Assembly: GCA_036826375.1 (NCBI GenBank)
Contig: DAISWL010000002.1
Location: 107,499 to 171,498 of the forward strand
Direction: 5' to 3'
DNA from: Candidatus Saccharimonadota bacterium
Lineage (GTDB): Bacteria; Patescibacteriota; Saccharimonadia; Saccharimonadales; HK-STAS-PATE-42
DNA: 64,000 bases
Shown: positions 1-7,313 of the stretch, in pieces
Position numbering within the stretch: the stretch's first letter is position 1
How the letters are laid out: each line of letters starts with the position of its first letter
Made by a program: the position numbers and the translations under genes
Notes under the pieces: generated by a model
The model's database searches: none
What the model saw: only the letters and a program-made list of their open reading frames with translations
What the model was told of the DNA's origin: nothing

Positions 1-269
1 TCACTAAAATGATTATGCAACCGTTCTTCATCTTTTTGAAGAGTGAACTGAGCAGCCCACGAAATAATTTGAGAATTGAAAAGTTTATTGAAGTACTTAA
101 ACTTAAGGGTGAAGATTACTTTATTTTTGAAATGCCGGGCAATAATCTAATTACCCAAACCTTCGCCACCTACATTTTTGTTGATCTAGTAACCCTGCAC
201 CTAGCCAATTTTTTGGATATCGACCCCGAACCCGTCGCCATGGTCGAAGCTTTCAAAGGGATGCTATAA
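1..269 (+). CDS. C-terminal fragment of a SIS-type bifunctional phosphoglucose/phosphomannose isomerase-like protein (5' end outside the window)
   Basis: The frame is open from the window edge to the TAA at 267-269. The tail ...LDIDPEPVAMVEAFKGML resembles the C-terminal domain of bacterial PGI/PMI proteins. Recognition is from memory only. Confidence 0.45.
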   Translation, partial: TKMIMQPFFIFLKSELSSPRNNLRIEKFIEVLKLKGEDYFIFEMPGNNLITQTFATYIFVDLVTLHLANFLDIDPEPVAMVEAFKGML

Positions 270-313
270 AGTTTTATGTAGCTGTTAAGCTTAAGGTGGG
301 TATTAGATAGGCC

Positions 314-2356
314 CTATTCTTTAGTTTCTTTAATAGAAAACGATATATTTTCGAGTGGGTAGTTTATGCGTTCAGAGATTTTACCCAAAAAATTAACTAT
401 TGAATTTGCGCTCATACCGCCTTCAACGAATTTTGACGTCGAAAACTCTAAAGGGCTCCTTAGTGGTTTGTTAATGTCAAAATACCACTTGAACTCTTCA
501 CTTTTTTGAATCTCTTGAAATTGTGTTGGGGAAAAATCATATAAAAATTTACAGACATTTGTAAGTAGGTCTCTCCACGTTTTTAGTTCAATACCCTTTT
601 CATCATCTTCTAAATAAAGATGGGATGGTTTGCTGCCACTAAAATTATCCTCACTTGTTAAATCAAAGATTTGTTCTTCTGGAATTGGTTTTGTGTAGCT
701 TGTCTTGGGGTATGGCCAAATGTCTTTTGAGTTTTTGATTAGATCTTTTGCTCTATCTATAATCTTTTCTTCATTCCAAGTTGTAATACCCTCTAGCTTA
801 AAATTCAACTTCAATCTGCTGGTTTGAAAATCAATTCGTTGCTTATCTTCAAAAGCGTTATTTGATAGCTCGGTATTTTTCGCAGTTAAACTTAAGTTCC
901 CTAGGGTGTGTAAATATTTTTTATGTACTTCTTGCCAATTGTCGCCCAGCCTGCTCTTCCATTCTTTCGTTAGAGTTTGGGGCATTATGTGCTCAACTGT
1001 TAGCTCGTCTACGTTTATTGGATAGGCTGATTTATAATTTTCTAAAGATTCCAACAAAAAATTTCTATTTTTAGATTGTAATCTGTAAACTTCTTTGTTC
1101 ACCAATGAATTTTCAAATTCTTCATCATTGGGGAATCTTTGTGAGGCTCTTTTTTCTAATACAATATAGCTTAAGATGTTTAGATAATCCTCTTTCCATG
1201 CCGTCTCTTTCTTTATTTCTTTAGAAAGAATAATGAACATTTTATTTAAGCCTTGAGTTGTATTATCTACCAAAATTTTTCTAAAAGCGTAGCTTTCAAT
1301 TATTTTTAAAATCTCTTCAACGGTTTTCTCAGAAACAACATTCTCTTTAAAATCATTGAATACATCTAACAAATAAGGATGCGAAACAGTGAATTCTAAT
1401 TTATTCAGCCTTTCGAGTTGTTTATTTACTGCACTATTTGGGTGTTTGATTGTTTGCACCAACCAGCCATAAATTTCTGCAAAATATAATAGATCTTCTA
1501 GAATAGATTCTTTATCTCGGTTAAATTCTTCTAGCGAGAATTTCTTGAATACGCTATAGACGTCATCTTTTTTAACCCATGTTTTAGTTTTAAAAATAAG
1601 ATAATTTCTAACAAATTCAGCCACGTTTTCTGTTAGTTTTTCTATTTTGATCCAGTAATCCTTATGCATCTTTTCTTGTTCCGATGGTTCTAAATCCATT
1701 AAGATGTAGTTGCGAATTAAATCTCCAGCTGTAAGATCAACCCCCGTAGAGTTTAGACTTTCAAAGATTAGTTGAGGGTCATCCTGCCCTCTAACTAAAT
1801 CAATTAGTACTATTTTTAGTTTTCTGAATGATTCGAACACCTCTCGTGGAGATATAGCTCCGGACTTTATTTTTTCATAAAAAAAATTAAAGTTACTTAC
1901 TATGTTTGAACTAGCATTCTCAGGATTTTCGTTTTCAAAAAGATTTTCAAAATATTCTTTATCTTGTTTATTTGGCTTCAATCTTATTCTTTTATCTTTT
2001 TCAGATGAGTATTTGTTGATTAAAAAATCTAGAATTTGTTCAGATAATACCTTCTCTTCATCATCTTTTTCTTCTTTATCTTTTAAAAAGGTGTGTAAGG
2101 CGATTAATAAAATAGAAGCGGTTGTTAGTCTTTGCTGGCCGTCGATAACTGTATATTCTTGGAACCCACTCCCAACCGTAACGATTGTGCCTAAAAAATG
2201 ATCAGCCCTAGTGTTATTTCTTAAATCTACTAAATCATCCCATAGCTTTTGGCAATTGATTCTAGTCCAGGCGTAATCCCTCTGATATACAGGAATTACA
2301 AAGCTTTTTCCTGAGCCTTCTAGAAATTGGTAGATTGGTAATTGTTGTACTTGCAT
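314..2356 (-). CDS. GmrSD-like type IV restriction enzyme (N-terminal DUF262 ParB-like domain plus C-terminal DUF1524 His-Me nuclease)
   Basis: 680 aa. The N-terminus has IPVYQRDYAW...DGQQRLTT (DUF262 signature). The C-terminus has TVEHIMPQ...LHTLGNLSL (DUF1524 H-N-H-like signature). Confidence 0.8.
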   Translation of the reverse strand: MQVQQLPIYQFLEGSGKSFVIPVYQRDYAWTRINCQKLWDDLVDLRNNTRADHFLGTIVTVGSGFQEYTVIDGQQRLTTASILLIALHTFLKDKEEKDDEEKVLSEQILDFLINKYSSEKDKRIRLKPNKQDKEYFENLFENENPENASSNIVSNFNFFYEKIKSGAISPREVFESFRKLKIVLIDLVRGQDDPQLIFESLNSTGVDLTAGDLIRNYILMDLEPSEQEKMHKDYWIKIEKLTENVAEFVRNYLIFKTKTWVKKDDVYSVFKKFSLEEFNRDKESILEDLLYFAEIYGWLVQTIKHPNSAVNKQLERLNKLEFTVSHPYLLDVFNDFKENVVSEKTVEEILKIIESYAFRKILVDNTTQGLNKMFIILSKEIKKETAWKEDYLNILSYIVLEKRASQRFPNDEEFENSLVNKEVYRLQSKNRNFLLESLENYKSAYPINVDELTVEHIMPQTLTKEWKSRLGDNWQEVHKKYLHTLGNLSLTAKNTELSNNAFEDKQRIDFQTSRLKLNFKLEGITTWNEEKIIDRAKDLIKNSKDIWPYPKTSYTKPIPEEQIFDLTSEDNFSGSKPSHLYLEDDEKGIELKTWRDLLTNVCKFLYDFSPTQFQEIQKSEEFKWYFDINKPLRSPLEFSTSKFVEGGMSANSIVNFLGKISERINYPLENISFSIKETKE

Positions 2357-2415
2357 ATTTTACGTCAGCTATGATTAAGAAAAATTGTTATCTTTATATA
2401 AACACCCTCGACTGA

Positions 2416-2504
2416 ATGTTCAGGCATACTCTACTAACCATTGTATAAGATTACGCTTTTTTGCGATATAGCCTAAATTAATAATTAGATGATTAAGCTT
2501 AAGT
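2416..2504. repeat. 89-bp direct repeat, copy 1 (downstream of the serpin gene)
   Basis: ATGTTCAGGCATACTCTACTAACCATTGTATAAGATTACGCTTTTTTGCGATATAGCCTAAATTAATAATTAGATGATTAAGCTTAAGT is identical to 3702-3790. Confidence 0.95.
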
Positions 2505-2523
2505 TAATAGATCCACTTAAGCT

Positions 2524-3582
2524 TTATTTTAATTCCATTAATTTAATATTATTGACGCCTAAAATGAAATATGGATTTTGAGAATCAGTTTTTTTCATGA
2601 CAACCCAATATGGTTTATCTAAAATAAAGTTTTTGGGCTTTTTAAATTCAGGCATTGCAGTAGCTCCCATCTCAGCTGCTGCTTCGTTTTCGACTCTGGC
2701 CCCTTTTTCATCCATGTCGAATTTAATATTTTCAAACATTTGAGCGATAGAGTAGTTAGTAAAACCTTTATTTGCTAAATTTTTTCCAATAAGTTCAATA
2801 TAGTCACGATGATGGTCTAAGTGTAGCTTAGGAGCTTCAAAATGGTCTGATTCTCCAATAGCTGGAGTATACTCCTCGTTATTATCACTTATTTCTTTCA
2901 CAACATCTTGGGGCTTTTCCATATCATAGCCTTTTGCCAAAATAAGTTCGTCGCTTTCACCCTTAAGCTGCAGTTTTATGATAAATCTATCATCGTCTTC
3001 ATATTTTATGATTTTTACATTTTCTCTTTGCTCCTCATCATCCGCGATAAAACCTTTTACCTTTTGTCCGTTAAATGAAACTGTATCTTTTTCAAATTTA
3101 GTTTCATATTCTACTTCCTTGAAAAAATAAGCATAAGAAATAATACCCGTAGGGGCTAAGCTCTCTTTTAGACCACCGAAACTTTTTGAGGGAAATTTCT
3201 TTTTTAATCCACGATTGATTTCTTCGACAGTACTTTCACCATAGCCGCTTTTTACATAATAGCTTTCTTCATCCAAATCACTTTTAGAAATTGGAGCATC
3301 ATTTAATTTTGATACCATCTCTAAAGCGATTTCGTCTTGCGTATTTAATTGTACGTCTTCTTTGATAATATTCTCTGTCAGATCCGTCCAGGCTAGATTC
3401 ATGGCTCCACCCCAAACATAATTTCCTTTATAATCGCTACCTAAATAATTTCCAGCAATATTGCTTTTTGTATTTTGGATAGTGTGGGGCGTATTTGGCT
3501 TATGAGCGAAATGTTGCCAAGTGAAAAACGCCGAAACTAATATCACGATCCCTGCCCCAATGATTGCTAAAAAAACTTTCAT
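2524..3582 (-). CDS. Serpin-family protein with an N-terminal membrane anchor or signal peptide
   Basis: 352 aa with a hydrophobic N-terminus (MKVFLAIIGAGIVILVSAFF). It has a serpin-like breach/shutter stretch (ISYAYFFKEVEYETKFEKDTVSF), a hinge and reactive-loop-like EKGARVENEAAAEMGATAMP, and a C-terminal FILDKPYWVVM (compare F.ADHPFLF.I). It is somewhat short for a serpin. Confidence 0.65.
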   Translation of the reverse strand: MKVFLAIIGAGIVILVSAFFTWQHFAHKPNTPHTIQNTKSNIAGNYLGSDYKGNYVWGGAMNLAWTDLTENIIKEDVQLNTQDEIALEMVSKLNDAPISKSDLDEESYYVKSGYGESTVEEINRGLKKKFPSKSFGGLKESLAPTGIISYAYFFKEVEYETKFEKDTVSFNGQKVKGFIADDEEQRENVKIIKYEDDDRFIIKLQLKGESDELILAKGYDMEKPQDVVKEISDNNEEYTPAIGESDHFEAPKLHLDHHRDYIELIGKNLANKGFTNYSIAQMFENIKFDMDEKGARVENEAAAEMGATAMPEFKKPKNFILDKPYWVVMKKTDSQNPYFILGVNNIKLMELK

Positions 3583-3701
3583 ATCATCCCCCTTATAAAG
3601 AAAAAATATTCATCCTTTTATTTAAAAACTGTTTGCGAATCACTAAATTATTAAAAAATGATCGCATATCGCGTATATCCTAACGAACATTACGACTAAT
3701 T

Positions 3702-3790
3702 ATGTTCAGGCATACTCTACTAACCATTGTATAAGATTACGCTTTTTTGCGATATAGCCTAAATTAATAATTAGATGATTAAGCTTAAGT
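3702..3790. repeat. 89-bp direct repeat, copy 2 (overlaps the last codon and stop of miaA)
   Basis: Identical to 2416-2504. Its last 6 nt are the ACT-TAA end of miaA read on the minus strand. Confidence 0.95.
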
Positions 3791-4585
3791 CATCTCAATA
3801 ACTTCAGCGTAATCCCACCTACGAAACCAAGTATCCTGACGCTTGGCGAACTGATAAATCTTGAACTTAAGCTTAGTGATAGTCTCATCAAGGTTTGGGT
3901 TAGAATCTAGTAGGTACTCGGTTAAGTATCTATACTCCAGACCTAGTGATATTAACCACTGTGGATCGACTCCACTCTTTATTAAGCCTTGAACTTCTTC
4001 TAGCATCCCCTCTTCCATCCGCTGATCCACTCTGGTGGAAATCCGCTGGCGCAAAACTTCTCTTGGCCAATTAAGTAAGTAGACCTTAAACTTAGGATTA
4101 TATCCAACCTTAAGCTTAGAGCTACTCCCCTCTCTTTCAGAGGGAAGGCTACTCAAGCTGCTCCCCTCTCCAGCTGAAGAGGGGCTGGGGGTGAGGTTTC
4201 TGTTCTCGCCAAACCTATACCCTTCAACCACACTTTCAATATAAAGCCCCGTTCCACCGCAAATTATCGGAACTTTTCCTCGAGCTTGAATATCTTTTAT
4301 TAAGTTTAAGGTTTGATTTTGAAACTGCGCCACGCTATACTTTTGACCGGGATCCAAAACATCTATCAGGTGATGCGGAACTCCGCACATTTCGGATTCG
4401 TTAACTTTGGCCGAGCCGATATCTAAGCCACGATAAACTTGGCGGGAATCCGCCGAGATGACCTCGCCATTAAGCTTAAGTGCTATTTGAATTGAAAGCG
4501 CTGTTTTACCGCTGGCGGTGGGTCCGGCAATCACAATAACTTCATCGGCTTGAGGGGGGTTAATCTGGTTTAATAAGTTTTTCAT
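3785..4585 (-). CDS. miaA: tRNA dimethylallyltransferase
   Basis: P-loop AGPTASGKTALS, then ISADSRQVYRGLDIGSAK and PHHLID. It carries an extra low-complexity segment NLTPSPSSAGEGSSLSSLPSEREGSS encoded by the hairpin repeat. Confidence 0.9.
   Translation of the reverse strand: MKNLLNQINPPQADEVIVIAGPTASGKTALSIQIALKLNGEVISADSRQVYRGLDIGSAKVNESEMCGVPHHLIDVLDPGQKYSVAQFQNQTLNLIKDIQARGKVPIICGGTGLYIESVVEGYRFGENRNLTPSPSSAGEGSSLSSLPSEREGSSSKLKVGYNPKFKVYLLNWPREVLRQRISTRVDQRMEEGMLEEVQGLIKSGVDPQWLISLGLEYRYLTEYLLDSNPNLDETITKLKFKIYQFAKRQDTWFRRWDYAEVIEMT
4127..4198. repeat. In-frame hairpin repeat element inside miaA (two hairpins plus a GGGGTGAGG tail)
   Basis: CCCCTCTCTTTCAGAGGGAAGG, then 13 nt, then CCCCTCTCCAGCTGAAGAGGGGCTGGGGGTGAGGTT. 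It belongs to the same family as 38169-38204, 55329-55363, 56233-56288 and 55811-55867. Confidence 0.85.
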
Positions 4586-4625
4586 TAAACTTGGGGTTTT
4601 AACATCTTTTTAAAAAAATAAGATG

Positions 4626-5402
4626 TTACAAACCGCGTTCATCCTTAAGCTTAATATAGTGAGGTAGAGCATTTTTTGCAGCCTCTTGTTGAGCTAGCTG
4701 CTTACTAGTACCCTCGCCCTCACCTTTAATTTGATCACCTATTACCGCGGCTACTTTAAATATTTTATCGTGATCGGGGCCTACCTCTTCTTTAAGTTTA
4801 TAGATGGGCGTTTCGTTATCTATAAGCTGGGTGAGTTCTTGCAAATAAGATTTAGGATCTCGCCAACTACCAGTCTTCAGAATTTCTTCTAGAGTAACTA
4901 TAATATTTTTGTTTACAAAATCTCGAGAAGCCTCAAAACCAGATTCAAGGTAAAGAGCGCCTAGCAGTGCTTCGAAAGTATTGGCTAATATTTGTTGTTT
5001 AGCGCGTGGTGAATTACTACGTCTTTCCCCGCGGCTCATTCTGATAATATCCCATACGCCTAGCAAACGAGATGCCTCGGCTAGAGATTCAGTTCTGACC
5101 AGAGCGCTGCGCCAAGCTGTTAAAATTCCTTCTGGTTCTTCAAAATTACGATAAAGATATTCAGTAACGATTAACTCTAGTACGGCGTCTCCTAAAAACT
5201 CTAGACGCTCGTTATGTTCATCCGCAGAGCGCTTATGCTCATTAAGGTAAGAACGATGCGTAAGTGCAGCAATTAAGTAATGCATACTCTTAAACTCAAA
5301 CCCGAAAACCTTGGTAGAAAAATCGCGGAATTTGGAATCGTCAATTTTAGTTAGAGGTTTAGATGTTTTAAAAGTGGAATCTTTAGTACTATCTTCTTGC
5401 AT
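4626..5402 (-). CDS. rnc: Ribonuclease III
   Basis: ALTHRSY...NERLEFLGDAVLELIVTEYLY signature plus a C-terminal dsRBD. Confidence 0.9.
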   Translation of the reverse strand: MQEDSTKDSTFKTSKPLTKIDDSKFRDFSTKVFGFEFKSMHYLIAALTHRSYLNEHKRSADEHNERLEFLGDAVLELIVTEYLYRNFEEPEGILTAWRSALVRTESLAEASRLLGVWDIIRMSRGERRSNSPRAKQQILANTFEALLGALYLESGFEASRDFVNKNIIVTLEEILKTGSWRDPKSYLQELTQLIDNETPIYKLKEEVGPDHDKIFKVAAVIGDQIKGEGEGTSKQLAQQEAAKNALPHYIKLKDERGL

Positions 5403-5411
5403 AATTTAAGT

Positions 5412-5927
5412 TTAAAGCTTTTTCTGACGAATTGTTTTCATTCCTAACAGTATTAACTTTTCAATTGCTTCATATTCAATTTTATCTAAAGTGCTACCGG
5501 CATTAAACCAGCTGATGTTATTCATCCATTCCTCTTTCTTTAAAGCGTCCGTATCACCGAGTGCTTCAACTAGAAAAACATGCATAGTCATTAAAACTAA
5601 ACTGTTACCTCGACGGTAGCGAAAACTCACCTTACCTAAATGATCCATAACCCGCATCTCTTTCAATCCTGTCTCTTCTTGAATTTCTCTTTCAGCTGTT
5701 TGACGAGTTGTCTCACCCGGTTCAATATGCCCTTTCGGTATAGTCCATCTATCTTTTGCATCTTGAGTTAACAAAAACTCTAACTCGCCTTTTTTATTTC
5801 TACGATAAACTATGCCCCCAGCGGTTGCTTCTTTAGAAATTTCTTGGATTTTGGGTTGATTACCAACCGAACCATTATTCTTTTTAAAATATTTTGAAAA
5901 ACTTTTTAAAGGATTTTCCATCGCCAT
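5412..5927 (-). CDS. NUDIX hydrolase
   Basis: Nudix box GHIEPGETTRQTAEREIQEETGL. Confidence 0.8.
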   Translation of the reverse strand: MAMENPLKSFSKYFKKNNGSVGNQPKIQEISKEATAGGIVYRRNKKGELEFLLTQDAKDRWTIPKGHIEPGETTRQTAEREIQEETGLKEMRVMDHLGKVSFRYRRGNSLVLMTMHVFLVEALGDTDALKKEEWMNNISWFNAGSTLDKIEYEAIEKLILLGMKTIRQKKL

Positions 5928-5955
5928 CGCTTTAAGTTCCTTTCTGAAAAAACGC

Positions 5956-6447
5956 TTAGTCTGTTTTATCGGTTAGTTCTGGGCCAGGTTGCTCAGCAGA
6001 GCTTTTTGCTATCTCGCTAGGGTAAGTTTGTTTATAGAAGCTTCCCAGAACTCCATTTATGAATCTGGATGAGCTATCTGATCCGAATGTTTTTGCCAGT
6101 TCTACGGCCTCGTTAATAACTACCCTAGGAGGCACTTCCTCTGATTTATGCTTAATTTCATAAATAGCCATTCTTAAGATTGCTAAATCTATTTTAGCTA
6201 TCTGATTAATTGGCCATTCAGGAGCAAGCGGCCCGATGATTGAATCTAATTCGCTCTGATGGGATATTACCCCCTTCACTAGGCTTGAAACAAAGCTGAA
6301 ATCCTTGATGCTTTTTTCATACTTTGGTTTAGCTCGTTCAATTACTTCATCTAAATCTACGCTTGTATCGGCGCAAGATATTCTAAAATCATATTCATAG
6401 ATCACTTGAAGTGCTACTAATCTTGCTAAGTGTCTATTGGCTGCCAT
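5956..6447 (-). CDS. nusB: Transcription antitermination factor NusB
   Basis: [13 protein letters not shown] at the N-terminus and [25 protein letters not shown] at the C-terminus. Confidence 0.85.
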   Translation of the reverse strand: MAANRHLARLVALQVIYEYDFRISCADTSVDLDEVIERAKPKYEKSIKDFSFVSSLVKGVISHQSELDSIIGPLAPEWPINQIAKIDLAILRMAIYEIKHKSEEVPPRVVINEAVELAKTFGSDSSSRFINGVLGSFYKQTYPSEIAKSSAEQPGPELTDKTD

Positions 6448-6528
6448 GATTATTAATGTTCCTTACTGATTACTTTTATTTAAAAATAAGCTAGATTTTA
6501 TTTTTACATTAAGCTTAAGCTTATTATA

Positions 6529-6708
6529 TCAGTTTCGTTCAGCTTTGCCAGCTTTTTTAATAGCTACCAGCTTTTTACCGCTCTCACGCTTGGTTGTATA
6601 AACTTTTACTGGGCTAAGAGCGTTAACTCGTCTAGCTAAAGTTAGTACTAAATGGCTTCTTCTGAGGCCTTTCTTGCGTGGGCTAGTTTGTTTTTTAGGT
6701 TGAGCCAT
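6529..6708 (-). CDS. rpmF: 50S ribosomal protein L32 (59 aa, not in the supplied ORF track)
   Basis: My own translation of the minus strand gives MAQPKKQTSPRKKGLRRSHLVLTLARRVNALSPVKVYTTKRESGKKLVAIKKAGKAERN*. The PKK.TS..K...RRSH start is the bL32 signature. ATG is at 6708 and TGA at 6529-6531. Confidence 0.8.
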   Translation of the reverse strand: MAQPKKQTSPRKKGLRRSHLVLTLARRVNALSPVKVYTTKRESGKKLVAIKKAGKAERN

Positions 6709-6878
6709 TATTTCTCCTTATAAGAAAATTACTTTTATTTATTTTTTGGCTAATTAAAATTTTACCCTAGTTAAGCTTAAAAATCAACTTGACATAGTCA
6801 CAAACTTAGTGTATCATTTAAGATGACTATTTCGATTAAGCTTAACATTAAATTTTAATTATAATATGGAGAAAATCT

Positions 6879-7298
6879 ATGAATTCAATAACACCTAATG
6901 AAGGCTCCTACGTTGATGCAGTACAGAGCGACCTAGATGGCGCAACAGCGGCGAAACGAGGGGTTGCAGCGGCGAAACAATATCTTACTAATAAAGAAAC
7001 CGTCCCACCATATGCACAAGCTATTATCGCTGCTAGTGAACTTATTAGTAGAATATCAACTACGTGGGGGGAAAGAGGAATGGAGCAACGCTACAGGTTT
7101 AGGAGAGTAGCGGTTGGAGTTGCTTTGGTAGCCTTGATGGGGGTCGGGGCCGTGGAGAGTGGCTTTGCAGGTAATGCCTGGGATGCTTTACGTGGTCGAG
7201 GGGTGTCATCTGTCTACGATGAGTTTACCAATTTGTGTAGACACGATGGGGGCCTGTTTGAACAAGACTGGTACTCCTCCGGCGAATGCCCTCGTTGA
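6879..7298 (+). CDS. Hypothetical protein with one hydrophobic segment, noticeably more GC-rich than its neighbours
   Basis: 139-aa ORF with GGAG 7 nt upstream of the ATG. I recognise no family. Confidence 0.4.
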   Translation: MNSITPNEGSYVDAVQSDLDGATAAKRGVAAAKQYLTNKETVPPYAQAIIAASELISRISTTWGERGMEQRYRFRRVAVGVALVALMGVGAVESGFAGNAWDALRGRGVSSVYDEFTNLCRHDGGLFEQDWYSSGECPR

Positions 7299-7313
7299 GA
7301 AATGATAAACTAG

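Noticed and set aside
4721-4740. GGTGAGGGCGAGGG inside rnc (encoding GEGEG), considered as another copy of the hairpin element.
   Set aside because: It lacks the CCCCTCTCC/GGAGAGGGG hairpin and the CTGGGGGTGAGGTT tail. It probably just encodes a Gly/Glu-rich stretch.
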